The notes under the pieces: generated by a model
The model's database searches: none
Told to the model about the DNA's origin: nothing
Seen by the model: the letters and a program-made list of their open reading frames with translations, nothing else
Made by a program: the position numbers and the translations under genes
Part shown: piece after piece, positions 1 through 10,204 of the stretch
How the letters are laid out: every line of letters begins with the position of its first letter
How positions within the stretch are numbered: position 1 is the first letter of the stretch
NCBI GenBank assembly: GCA_963555995.3
Contig: OY821641.1
Location: 256,001 to 320,000 of the forward strand
From: Vicinamibacteria bacterium
GTDB lineage: Bacteria; Acidobacteriota; Vicinamibacteria; Marinacidobacterales; Marinacidobacteraceae
Direction of reading: 5' to 3'
Length of the DNA stretch: 64,000 bases

Positions 1-25
1 CACGCCGACGTACAACACTGAATCC

Positions 26-34
26 TGCTATCCT
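26..34 (+). promoter_or_regulatory. Putative extended -10 promoter (TGcTATCCT) for tRNA-Gln
   Basis: TG-n-TATCCT about 20 nt upstream of the tRNA. Confidence 0.4.
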
Positions 35-53
35 CATGCGTTCCCGCGACCAC

Positions 54-127
54 TGGGAAGTCGTCCAATGGCAGGACACACGGCTCTGGACCGTGGAATC
101 GGGGTTCGAGTCCCTGCTTCCCAGCCA
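54..127 (+). tRNA. tRNA-Gln (CTG)
   Basis: Cloverleaf: TGGGAAG/CTTCCCA acceptor stem, anticodon arm CACGG-CT-CTG-GA-CCGTG, TTCGAGT T-loop, encoded CCA. Confidence 0.96.
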
Positions 128-195
128 GCCGGGCGCGGGCGGAAGGGGCGTCCGCCCAGAGGGAGCCCCGACCTCCCAGGCGAAGGAGATCTCCG

Positions 196-1122
196 ATGAG
201 AAAAAACACGATTCAGAAGGCCGGACTCGTGGCGCTCGGCCTGCTGTTTGTAGCGCAAACGGCCATGGCCCAGATGGGCACGGGCCGCGTCTCCGGAACG
301 GTGAAGGATCAGGACGGGAACCCCATAGAGGGGGCCACCGTCACCGCCCAGGCCGGCGACTCGGGGCGGGTCCTCGAGGCCACCACGGACGACCGCGGCC
401 GTTGGGCCATTCTCGGCTTCCGGTCCCGCGCCTACGACTTCTCGGTGCAGGCGGCGGGATTCATGCCCTACAACTACCAGGCGCCGATGCGGCAGGCGGG
501 GAAGAACCCGGACATGGACCTCGTGCTCGAGCGCGCCCAGATGGGCCGGTCGGCGGGAACCGGCGGCGGACTCCTCGCTGAGGCCCAGGAACTCCACCAG
601 GCGGGGCGCTACGACGAGGCGCTCGCGATGTACGACGAGGTCCTCACGACCGACCCGACGGTCTACCAGATCAACCTGAACCGGGCCGCGGTGCTGCGCG
701 AACTGGGCCGGCCGGACGATGCGAAGGCGGCCTACCAGATCGTGCTGGATCAGGAACCCGGGAACGCAGCGGCGCTGGTGTCACTCGGCGAGATGTCCAT
801 GGCCGACTCGGACATGGACGGCGCACTCGCGTACTGGGAACAGGCGGTCGATTCCACCGAGGACGAGGTGATCCCGTACAACGTGGCCCAGATCTCCTTC
901 CAGAACGGAGAGACGGAAAAGGCTATCGAGTACTACCTGATCGCCGCCGACCGGCGCGCGGACTGGGCCGAGCCGTTCGTCCAGATCGGCATCGTCTATC
1001 TGAACATGGGCGACTTCCCCGCGGCCGCCGAACAGTTCGAGATGGCGATCGAGGTGGAGCCGGAGAGCGCTGCCGCCGCGCAGGCGCAGGCGATGCTGGA
1101 CGCACTGCCCAAGCCGGAGTAG
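196..1122 (+). CDS. Secreted carboxypeptidase-regulatory-like domain + TPR repeat protein
   Basis: AGGAGA RBS, signal peptide (AMA|Q), GRVSGTVKDQDGNPIEGATV beta-sandwich motif, C-terminal TPR helices. Confidence 0.85.
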   Translation: MRKNTIQKAGLVALGLLFVAQTAMAQMGTGRVSGTVKDQDGNPIEGATVTAQAGDSGRVLEATTDDRGRWAILGFRSRAYDFSVQAAGFMPYNYQAPMRQAGKNPDMDLVLERAQMGRSAGTGGGLLAEAQELHQAGRYDEALAMYDEVLTTDPTVYQINLNRAAVLRELGRPDDAKAAYQIVLDQEPGNAAALVSLGEMSMADSDMDGALAYWEQAVDSTEDEVIPYNVAQISFQNGETEKAIEYYLIAADRRADWAEPFVQIGIVYLNMGDFPAAAEQFEMAIEVEPESAAAAQAQAMLDALPKPE

Positions 1123-1147
1123 CCGGCGCGCCGCCTGCCCGGCGGCT

Positions 1148-1330
1148 AACAGCCGGTGGTGGAACCCGCGTGAGCGACGAGACCGACGAGGCGCCCGGCT
1201 GACAAGGCGCGTGAGGGAGGAATACCGGGTGTATTTCGACCGAAACGCAACGCAGAGCAGAGCGAAGCGAAGCGGTTCAGCCGGGATGCATCGTAGGTCG
1301 AACGCCGCGTGGGTTTCGCTACCGGCTGTT
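1148..1330. mobile_element. MITE-like repeat (~180 bp), full copy
   Basis: Imperfect TIRs AACAGCCGGTGGTGGAACCCGCGTG / CGCGTGGGTTTCGCTACCGGCTGTT; core GACAAGGCGCGTGAGGGAGGAATACCGGGTGTATT recurs near 18152, 22146 and 39351, and its 3' part near 22279. Confidence 0.8.
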
Positions 1331-1337
1331 CAATACC

Positions 1338-1422
1338 GGAGGGGTGGCCGAGCGGCTTAAGGCGGTGGTCTTGAAAACCACTGGCCCGAAAGGGTCCGGG
1401 GGTTCGAATCCCTCCCCCTCCG
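1338..1422 (+). tRNA. tRNA-Ser (TGA), CCA not encoded
   Basis: GGAGGGG/CCCCTCC acceptor stem, GTGGT-CT-TGA-AA-ACCAC anticodon arm, long variable arm, GGTTCGAATCC; followed by G-CCG. Confidence 0.95.
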
Positions 1423-1441
1423 CCGCCGGGAATGGCTCGCC

Positions 1442-2194
1442 ATGATCAAGCCCAAACTGCTCATCACCGGCATCAACGGCCTCATTGGCAGGGTTCTGCG
1501 GGACCCCTTGGGGAAATCCTTCGAGATCTGCGGGCTGGACCTCGCGCCGCCATTTTCCGATCGGGTCTTCCAGGCCGACATCGCCGACGCCCGGCAGGTG
1601 TCGCAGGTCCTCGACAGGCTGGCCCCAGTCCAATGCGTGATCCATCTGGCGGGCCAAGCCGCCGTGGATACTGCCTGGGAGCCCGTGCTCCGGGTGAACA
1701 TCCAGGGAACCCGCAACCTCTACGAGGCCGCCCGGGTGTCGGGAGTCAAGCGGGTCGTCTTCGCCAGCTCGAACCACGTTACCGGCGCCTACGAGGGTTT
1801 CGCGCCCCACCTGCATCTCCACCGTGAGGCGGAACCGGTTCCCATCTCGGTGTACCACCCCATGCGTCCAGACAGCGACTACGGTGTGAGCAAGGCCTTT
1901 GGCGAGATTCTGGCCCGCTACTACTGCGCCCGTTGGGGCATGGAATCCATCTGCCTCAGGATCGGCTCGGTGTGCGCGGACGACGATCCCACCACCGATC
2001 CCAGGTTCCTGCGCACCTGGCTGAGCCACCGCGACCTGGTCCACCTGGTGGAGTGCAGTCTGAGCGCGAATGTCACCTATGGCGTTTACTACGGCGTGTC
2101 CAACAACAAGGGAGCCTTCTGGGATCTTTCCAATGCCCGCGCTGAGCTGGGTTATGACCCTCGGGACGATGCCTCTCGGCGAATTTCCGGATAA
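1442..2194 (+). CDS. udh: Uronate dehydrogenase-like NAD-dependent epimerase/dehydratase (extended SDR)
   Basis: TGINGLIG Rossmann motif, ASSNH, RPDSDYGVSK (YxxxK), CLRIGS, WLSHRD, YGVSNN. Confidence 0.75.
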   Translation: MIKPKLLITGINGLIGRVLRDPLGKSFEICGLDLAPPFSDRVFQADIADARQVSQVLDRLAPVQCVIHLAGQAAVDTAWEPVLRVNIQGTRNLYEAARVSGVKRVVFASSNHVTGAYEGFAPHLHLHREAEPVPISVYHPMRPDSDYGVSKAFGEILARYYCARWGMESICLRIGSVCADDDPTTDPRFLRTWLSHRDLVHLVECSLSANVTYGVYYGVSNNKGAFWDLSNARAELGYDPRDDASRRISG

Positions 2195-2328
2195 GGCGGG
2201 TTACGCCCCTCTTGAGGGGGAGTCGGAGACGCCGTGCCGCAGAAGACGGCTGATGCGACGCGGGGGCCGCGTCAGCCACGATTGTTTCCAATCAGGCTGA
2301 GGAGGAGTACGCGTCCGGGGTTCCTCCG

Positions 2329-3708
2329 CTACCTCGCTACGAGGGCCAGGTTGTAGGGGTCGTTTCCGACGCCGGTCACCGTGCCCACGACGCGGCGCGA
2401 TCCAAGATCAATCACATAGACGTACCCGGTCTCCTCGGAGAACGGCTGCGACCCCGGCCCGCCGCTGATCACCAAGTAGCGGCCGTCGGGAGTGACCGCC
2501 GAGCCCTTCGGGCGGGCGGGCCGTCCATCCGCCCGGCTCAGCGGAATGCGCGCGACTTCGGCGCGTTCGCCGGCCAGCGCCAGCTCAAGGTCCACGAGCG
2601 ACACGTTGTTCGCGCGGACATTCGGGACGATCACCTCCCTCCCGTCCGGGGTCACGGACAGGATCAGCGGATGTGTCTGCTCCTCGGGATCATCGGTCCC
2701 GACGAGGACCCGCGCCACCTCGGCGTCTTCGTCGCCGCCGCTCGCCCGAGCGACATCAATGATGGAAATCGTGTTCCCCGACCGGTTCTCCCGCTGGCTC
2801 CCTCCGTTGGCGACGATGACGTGGCGTCCGTCCGGGGTCGCCGTGATGCCCCAGGGGCCGACCTGCATCGGGATCCGTCCGATCTCCGCAAGCCGGTCTC
2901 CTTCGAGAGCACCGGCGAGGGAGATCACCGACACGTCGTTCGTGCCGCCATTGGCGGAGAACACGTACTCGCTGCCATCGCCGGCGCGACCGAGCGCCAA
3001 TCCGTTCGGATTGGGGAAACATCCCAGGTGGGGACCGGGGGCGAGTACGGCCAGATTCCGGGGCGGCCCATAGGGGGCGGCGTAGGGGACAGGGTATTCC
3101 TCGCAGGCGAACCCGGGCGAGCCGAGCGCCAACTCCACCGTGGCGCGGAGACTCCCCGTCCGCCGATCAAGGAACGTGATGCGGTTGCCGCCGTCCTCGG
3201 TCAGGTGGTTCTCGGCGTTGCCGACGATCAGCATGTCCGGCAGCAGCACGACGCCGAGCGCGCCGAAGCCGCCGGAGTCGAGGTGCCGCCGGAGCGCGTT
3301 GGCCGTTCGGTCGTTCGCCGGATCGAGGACGTCGGCAACGTCCAGCACCGCGATCATTCCCCGGCCGCCGTGTTGCCGGAACTCGACGTTATCAATGGCG
3401 CCATGGTGATTGACCACGTACACGGCGCCGCCGTCCTCGCTCACGGCCAGGTTGGCGGGATCGCCGAGGAGTTGACCGTCCAGCCGGTCGAGCGCCACCT
3501 TGGCGCGGCTGACGATCGCATTCGGGGTGTGGTCGTTCGCCGGAGCGATGGCGCGGTCAAGCGAGATCGCGTAGAGGTACGGCAGTCGCCGCCCCGTCGC
3601 GAGGATGTAGGTGCTCTGACCGGCGGCTTGGTGGACGCCGCAGACCGTCGCCAGCAGCGCGGCGATCACGAGCGTCCGGCGGGGGAGCGACGATGTTGAG
3701 GCAGGCAC
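2329..3708 (-). CDS. Secreted YVTN/YncE-type beta-propeller protein
   Basis: GTG at 3708 after AAGGAG; signal peptide; repeated blades (TPDGRHVIVAN, TPDGREVIVPN, TPDGRYLVIS, VGNDPY). Confidence 0.75.
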   Translation of the reverse strand: MPASTSSLPRRTLVIAALLATVCGVHQAAGQSTYILATGRRLPYLYAISLDRAIAPANDHTPNAIVSRAKVALDRLDGQLLGDPANLAVSEDGGAVYVVNHHGAIDNVEFRQHGGRGMIAVLDVADVLDPANDRTANALRRHLDSGGFGALGVVLLPDMLIVGNAENHLTEDGGNRITFLDRRTGSLRATVELALGSPGFACEEYPVPYAAPYGPPRNLAVLAPGPHLGCFPNPNGLALGRAGDGSEYVFSANGGTNDVSVISLAGALEGDRLAEIGRIPMQVGPWGITATPDGRHVIVANGGSQRENRSGNTISIIDVARASGGDEDAEVARVLVGTDDPEEQTHPLILSVTPDGREVIVPNVRANNVSLVDLELALAGERAEVARIPLSRADGRPARPKGSAVTPDGRYLVISGGPGSQPFSEETGYVYVIDLGSRRVVGTVTGVGNDPYNLALVAR

Positions 3709-3852
3709 GCCACCAGCTCCTTGTGGGGTGATCGGCACGGGAGCGTACCAACCCGAGCGGCCGGTTTCGGCCCGGGACCGACAGGAGCACCTGATCCCCC
3801 CGGCGCAGCGCGGCCTGCTACTGTTGCGCGCCCGCTGCCGGCGGCAACGACG

Positions 3853-5016
3853 ATGGACCGACGGACCCTGCTGCGACTTGGCGGCGGCGGTCTGTTGGGC
3901 GCCGGCCTCGGCGCCTGCGCGGCGCGTTCCGACATCCTGCCACGCGAGCCGGCGTTCCGCCTGCCGATCGTGAACGTGGCGTGGAACCGGATCATCCGCA
4001 CCACCGTGGGACTCCGGCCCTACCGCCCGTCGGGGTTCGTGCTCCGCGCCGACAAGCTCGGCGCCACCACCGTCCTCCACAACTACGGCCATGGCGGGTC
4101 CGGGATCTCGCTCTCGTGGGGCACCGGACGCCGGGTGGCCGAAATGGCGCTCGAACACCGGAGCCGGCAGGCCGCCGTGATCGGCTGCGGAGCGGTGGGA
4201 CTCGCGACGGCGCGCCAGCTCCAGCGCCGCGGCTTCGACGTGACGATCTACGCCATGTCGGTGCCGCCGAACACGACGTCGAACATGGCCTGGGCGGGGT
4301 TCACCCCCGCCGCCTGGCTGGTGGACGACACCATGCGGACGCCGGAGTTCGACGCCCGGTTCCGGGACGCCGCCGAGATCTCCTTTCGCGAGTTCCAGTG
4401 GCTGGTCGGCAGGGGGTATGGGGTGGACTGGCTCGACCGCTACACAGCCACCGACATCGAGCCGCGCGATCCGTCAGCCAGCCGGAGGCCTCGGCGCCGC
4501 GAACCGCTCCTCCCCGACCACCTGATCAGCGGCCGGCTCCGGCTGGGCCCCGGGGAACACCCGTTTCCCACCCGCTACGCAACCCGGCGCAGCTACATGC
4601 GGATCGAGCCGGCGACCTATCTGGACGCGCTCGTCCGCGACTTCGTGGAGGTCGGCGGGCGGATCGTGATCCGCAAGTTCACGGACGCCCGGGAACTTGT
4701 CGCACTCGATGAACCGCTGGTGATCAACTGCACCGGACTCGGATCCGGGGAGCTGTTCCCCGACCCCGAGTTGATGCCACTCAAGGGCCAGCTCACCGTG
4801 CTCGTCCCGCAGTCGGAGATCAATTACGCGGTGTCCGGGAACGCTCCGGGAGCGCCTCCGGGGGTGGGAGGTTTCAGCATGCAGCCGCGGAGCTCCGGGA
4901 TCATCCTCGGCGGGACCGGCGAGCGGGGAGAGTGGTCGCTGGAGCCGAATGCCGCGGCGCGCGAGTACATCGTGAACTCGAACGCCGACTTCTTTGCGAG
5001 GATGCGCAGCGTCTGA
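3853..5016 (+). CDS. D-amino acid oxidase family FAD oxidoreductase, circularly permuted, Tat/lipoprotein signal
   Basis: MDRRTLL...LGAC signal; GLRP and HNYGHGGSG motifs precede the VIGCGAVG dinucleotide-binding motif; NCTGLG and KGQ motifs present. Confidence 0.82.
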   Translation: MDRRTLLRLGGGGLLGAGLGACAARSDILPREPAFRLPIVNVAWNRIIRTTVGLRPYRPSGFVLRADKLGATTVLHNYGHGGSGISLSWGTGRRVAEMALEHRSRQAAVIGCGAVGLATARQLQRRGFDVTIYAMSVPPNTTSNMAWAGFTPAAWLVDDTMRTPEFDARFRDAAEISFREFQWLVGRGYGVDWLDRYTATDIEPRDPSASRRPRRREPLLPDHLISGRLRLGPGEHPFPTRYATRRSYMRIEPATYLDALVRDFVEVGGRIVIRKFTDARELVALDEPLVINCTGLGSGELFPDPELMPLKGQLTVLVPQSEINYAVSGNAPGAPPGVGGFSMQPRSSGIILGGTGERGEWSLEPNAAAREYIVNSNADFFARMRSV

Positions 5017-5150
5017 CGGACCGGAGGCGATGCGTCTCCTGCTGTACCGCGGGCAAGACCGGCTGCTGATAGGCGATGTCCTGTGTTTGCCGGTCGCGGA
5101 ATTCCTGCGGCGACTGCGTCCCGACCGCTCGTTGGCGGAGGTCGCCGAGT
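5017..5150 (+). pseudogene. Probable C-terminal remnant of an AAA-ATPase/DUF4143-type gene
   Basis: Frame reads PEAMRLLLYRGQDRLLIGDVLCLPVAEFLRRLRP, which resembles DUF4143-protein C-termini (recalled similarity, not searched); no upstream gene body. Confidence 0.4.
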
Positions 5151-5336
5151 GGCCGCTTGCGAATGCGGTGAGTCCGCTACGGAAATAGCGGTCCAAGGCG
5201 TATGCGCCACCGTTGCGCATGGGCTCCACGCCGAGCCGGGAGCCGCGTTGTCCGGGGGAGTTACGACGTGCGCGTCGCGCCAGTTGCTGTGAAAATGCAG
5301 ATTCGGCGAATCGCTGTCCGTCGAGATGGCGCCGCT

Positions 5337-5502
5337 GGCTTGGAGCGCCGGCTTCAGCCGGCACAGCGAGCCGAAGGCTCGCGGACGTCGTCCCGCGGTG
5401 CTCGGTGATGGACGGAGAGCCGAACGCCGTCGGGCGCGCCAGCGTCGTGCCATCCGCTGCGCTCCGCGCAGCGGGTGCCGGCTGAAGCCGGCGCTCCAAG
5501 CC
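5337..5502. repeat. REPIN-like inverted doublet of REP type A (GGCTTGGAGCGCCGGCTTCAGCCGGCAC)
   Basis: 28-bp inverted arms 5337-5364 and 5475-5502; related doublets at 18526 and 55154. Confidence 0.85.
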
Positions 5503-5537
5503 GTATGGCCATGCAGTCGAGCAGTTCTACGCGCTCT

Positions 5538-5586
5538 GCGGCGCGGAGCGCCGCGTGTGCCGGTCTGGGGACCGGCGTTCCAAGCC
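5538..5586. repeat. REP type B with GCGGCGC-GGA-GCGCCGC hairpin
   Basis: GTGCCGGTCTGGGGACCGGCGTTCCAAGCC; related copies at 39145, 40983, 45266, 47438. Confidence 0.8.
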
Positions 5587-5594
5587 GTGTGCGC

Positions 5595-6884
<1,290 letters not shown>

Positions 6885-6932
6885 TTAGCCTAAACCGACA
6901 GCGGCTGGAGTGAATCTCCCCATTTCGTTCCC

Positions 6933-7973
6933 ATGTCCAAAACGCTTCCGCTTCCCGATTTCTTCGATTCCGAGCGCGTCGGCCAGCTCTACCGGGTCCC
7001 CTATGAGACCCGGGCCGCCGAGGCCCGCGCCTGGGCCGCGCGGCACGGGCTCGCTCCCGCGGCCGGCGACGCGCCGCGCGTCGGGCTCCTGCTGGTTGAT
7101 TGCCAGAACACCTTCTGCCTGCCGGGAGGCGAGCTCTTCGTCGCCGGCCGGTCGGGACTGGGCGCGGTGAAGGATTCGTGGCGCCTCTGCCAGTTCCTCT
7201 ACGGCCACCTGGACCGGATCAGCGAGATCATCCTGACGCTCGACACCCACACCGCGATCCAGGTCTTCCACGCCCACTTCTTCCTCGACCGGGACGGGAA
7301 CCCTCCCGCCGCGTACACCGCGATCACCTCGGATGACCTCGAAGCGGGCCGCTACCGGGTGAATCCAGAGGCGGCCGCGGCGGCCGGGCTCGACGAGACG
7401 GAACTCTCCCGCCACGCGCTCCACTACTGCCGCCGGCTGGAGTCGCAGGGGAAGTACGTGCTCGTCATCTGGCCCTACCACGCCATGCTCGGGGGCGCCG
7501 GGCACGCGGTGGTGCCGGCCATCGAGGAGGCCGTCTTCTTCCACTCGATCGCGCGGTCGGCCCAGCCGCGATTCGAGCCCAAGGGGCTGAACCCGCTGAC
7601 CGAGAACTACTCGGTGCTGCGGCCCGAGGTCCTCGACGACGCGGACGGGAACCCCATCGCGGAGCCGAACCGGCAGTTGCTCGACCATCTGCTCGGTTAT
7701 GACGCGCTCATCGTCGCCGGCCAGGCCAAGAGTCACTGCGTCGCCTGGACAGTGTCCGACCTGCGGGACGAGATCGCGCGGCGGGACCCGGACGGAACCC
7801 GGGGTCTCGCCCGCCGGGTCTTCCTGCTGGAGGACGCCACCTCGCCGGTCGTGGTCCCGGGGGCCGACTTCACCGACGCCGCCGACGCGGCCTACGACGA
7901 CTTCGAGCGTGCGGGGATGGTTCGGGTGCGAAGCACCGACCCACTCGAGGAGTGGCCCGGCTTTCCGGCCTGA
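6933..7973 (+). CDS. pncA: Nicotinamidase/isochorismatase family cysteine hydrolase
   Basis: VDCQNTF, TLDTH, WPYH, KG...ENYS, GQAKSHCV; adjacent to pncB. Confidence 0.8.
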   Translation: MSKTLPLPDFFDSERVGQLYRVPYETRAAEARAWAARHGLAPAAGDAPRVGLLLVDCQNTFCLPGGELFVAGRSGLGAVKDSWRLCQFLYGHLDRISEIILTLDTHTAIQVFHAHFFLDRDGNPPAAYTAITSDDLEAGRYRVNPEAAAAAGLDETELSRHALHYCRRLESQGKYVLVIWPYHAMLGGAGHAVVPAIEEAVFFHSIARSAQPRFEPKGLNPLTENYSVLRPEVLDDADGNPIAEPNRQLLDHLLGYDALIVAGQAKSHCVAWTVSDLRDEIARRDPDGTRGLARRVFLLEDATSPVVVPGADFTDAADAAYDDFERAGMVRVRSTDPLEEWPGFPA

Positions 7974-9201
7974 CGGCCGAACCCCCGGTCGCCTCTCTCC
8001 TCGACGTGGACTTCTACAAGTTCACGATGGGGCAGTTCGTCTTCCGGCTGCATCCCGGGGTGCGGGTCCGCTACCGGCTCCTCTGCCGGACGCCGGACGT
8101 CCGGCTGGCGGAGCAGGTGCCGGCCGAGGCGCTCCGGGACGCCCTCGACTCCATCCGGTCGCTGGCGTTCGCCCCGGCGGAACTCGAGTACCTCGGGGGG
8201 CTCGAGCCGCGCGGACTGTTCGGCGACGCCTACCTGGACTTCCTCCGGCGGCTCCGGCTGCCGCCGGTGGAGCTCGAAGTCCGGGACGGCAACTTCCGTC
8301 TCGAGGTCGAAGCCCCCTGGCCCGAGATGATCCTCTGGGAGACGCTCATGCTATCGGCGCTGAGCGAGCTCCTCTCCCGGGCCGCCCTCGCCGGGGCGGG
8401 CGCCGGGGCCCGCGAAGCGGCGGAGGCCGCGGGCCGGGAGCGGCTCGAGGGGAAGATCGCCGCGCTCCGCGAACGTCCCGGGATCCGCTTCGCGTCCTTC
8501 GGCACCCGCCGGCGGTTCTCGCGCGCCTGGCAGTTCGCGCTGGAGGAGCGTCTCGCCGAGGCGCTGCCGGAGCAGTTCGCCGGCACTTCCTGCGTGGCGT
8601 CGGCCTTCCGGCACGGTCTGGTTCCGGTGGGGACCATCGCCCACGAGGTCTTCATGGTGGGCGCCGCGCTCGGGGACGGATCGGACGAATCCATCCGCGC
8701 GTCGCCGCGCCGCGTGCTGGATGCCTGGTGGGACATGTACGGCGAGCCGTTCTCGCTCTTTCTCACGGATACCTGGGGCTCGGAGTTCTTCTTCGCCGAC
8801 ATCGGGGAAGCGCGCGCCCGGCGGTTTCGCGGGGTGCGCCAGGACTCCGGCGATCCGGCGGCCTTCGGGGAGCGCGCGATCCGCTGGTACGAAGACTCCG
8901 GCGTGGACCCGCGGGCGAAGTCCCTCGTCTTCAGCGACGGGCTGGAACTCCCCGACATCCTCGACCTGGAAGCGCGGTTCGCCGGACGGATCGGGGTGTC
9001 CTACGGCTGGGGCACCAACCTGACGAACGACTGCGGCGTCCCCAACGTCTCGCTGGTCGTGAAACCGGTGGCGGCGAACGGCCGGCCGCTCGTCAAGCTC
9101 AGCGACAACCCGGGAAGAGCACCGGGAGTCCCGCCGAGATCCGCCGCTATCGCCGGATCTTCGACGCTCCCGCCGCGCCGGCCCGCATCCCGAAGTATTG
9201 A
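7952..9201 (+). CDS. pncB: Nicotinate phosphoribosyltransferase with an apparent 1-bp frameshift near 9110
   Basis: SLLDVDFYKFTM, FGTRRRFS, GTIAHE, RQDSGDP, FSDGL, GWGTNLTND, VKLSDNP; the expected tail GKSTG..EIRRYRRIF lies in another frame ending at 9201. Confidence 0.88.
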
Positions 9202-9226
9202 TCCGCCGGTTCGCCGGGGCCGCCCG

Positions 9227-10204
9227 TCACTTCCCTTTTTCCAATCCGCCCGCCTGGCGCGGATGGGCCTTCGAGTACACCTCGAAGATCCTGGCCGTCG
9301 AGACGTGGGTGTACTTCTGGGTGGTCGCGAGGCTCGTGTGCCCGAGCAGTTCCTGGATGGAACGCAGGTCGGCCCCGCGGTCGAGCAGGTGGGTCGCGAA
9401 CGCGTGGCGCAGCGTGTGCGGCGACACCGAGCCGGCAAGCCGGACGAGACCCGCTTCGCCCAGGTAGCGCCGCACCACGGTGCGCACCGACCGGTCGGAG
9501 AGCCGTCCGCCGCGCGCGTTCAGGAAGACCGCCTCCGGATTCCCCGCGGTTCCCTGGACGTCCGCCCGGACCCGGAGCCAGGGACCGAGCGCGTCGGCCG
9601 CAACCTCGCCGAAGGGGACCACCCGCTCCTTGCCGCCCTTGCCGAGGACCCGCAGGATCCGGCTGTTCCGGTTGACGTCGGCGAGGTCGAGACCGACCAG
9701 TTCGGAAACCCGGAGTCCGGTTCCGTAGAGGAGTTCGAGGATGGCGAGGTCCCGGCAGCCGAGCGGCGTGGCCGGGTCGGGCGCGTGCAACAGCGCCTCG
9801 ACCTCGTCCATTTCCATGCGGGTCGGGATCCTCGCCGGAGTCCGCGGTGCCCGGAGCGCCCGCGCCGGGTCCCGGCCCACCGCTCCCGAACGGGTGAGAT
9901 ACCGGTAGAGCGAGCGGAGGGCGGCCAGCTTCCGCGCGACCGTGGTGCTGGACAGCCCGCGTTCGTGCAGCGCTCCGAGGTAGGCGCGGAGAACCGCCGT
10001 GTCGGCGCCTTCCGCACCGGCGGACTCCTTCTCCGGCGCCGGCTTCGTTTCGAGGAACCCGGCGAACTGCGACAGGTCGCTGCCGTAGCTCCGCACCGTG
10101 TTGAGCGAGGCGCCCCGGCGCTCCTCGAGGTCTTCGAGGAAGTCCCGGATCAACGCGCGCAGCGGCGTCTCCGGTCTGCTCGCGGGTTCCTCGCCGGCGT
10201 TCAC
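9227..10204 (-). CDS. xerC: Tyrosine recombinase XerC
   Basis: RDLAILELLYGTGLRVSEL, GKGGKERVVP, SPHTLRHAFATHLL, LLGH...TQKYTHV; GTG overlaps the topA stop (GTGA). Confidence 0.9.
   Translation of the reverse strand: MNAGEEPASRPETPLRALIRDFLEDLEERRGASLNTVRSYGSDLSQFAGFLETKPAPEKESAGAEGADTAVLRAYLGALHERGLSSTTVARKLAALRSLYRYLTRSGAVGRDPARALRAPRTPARIPTRMEMDEVEALLHAPDPATPLGCRDLAILELLYGTGLRVSELVGLDLADVNRNSRILRVLGKGGKERVVPFGEVAADALGPWLRVRADVQGTAGNPEAVFLNARGGRLSDRSVRTVVRRYLGEAGLVRLAGSVSPHTLRHAFATHLLDRGADLRSIQELLGHTSLATTQKYTHVSTARIFEVYSKAHPRQAGGLEKGK

Noticed and set aside
36-581. ORFs overlapping the tRNAs (36-581, 34-597, 1319-2044, 1357-1716)
   Set aside because: They run across clear tRNA cloverleafs and real CDSs.
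3782-3797. 16-bp match CAGGAGCACCTGATCC also at 55350-55365
   Set aside because: Only two copies in different contexts (divergent versus convergent gap). One such match is plausible by chance in 64 kb of GC-rich DNA.
2329-4158. Long N-terminal extensions given by the ORF track (also 3721, 13329, 32563-34479, 55437-57470, 57659-58765)
   Set aside because: They overlap neighbouring real genes. Downstream starts with an RBS, signal peptide or stop/start overlap fit better.
9227-10204. Tyrosine recombinase as a prophage or island integrase
   Set aside because: It has XerC motifs and lies in the conserved dprA-topA-xerC context, with no att sites or phage genes.
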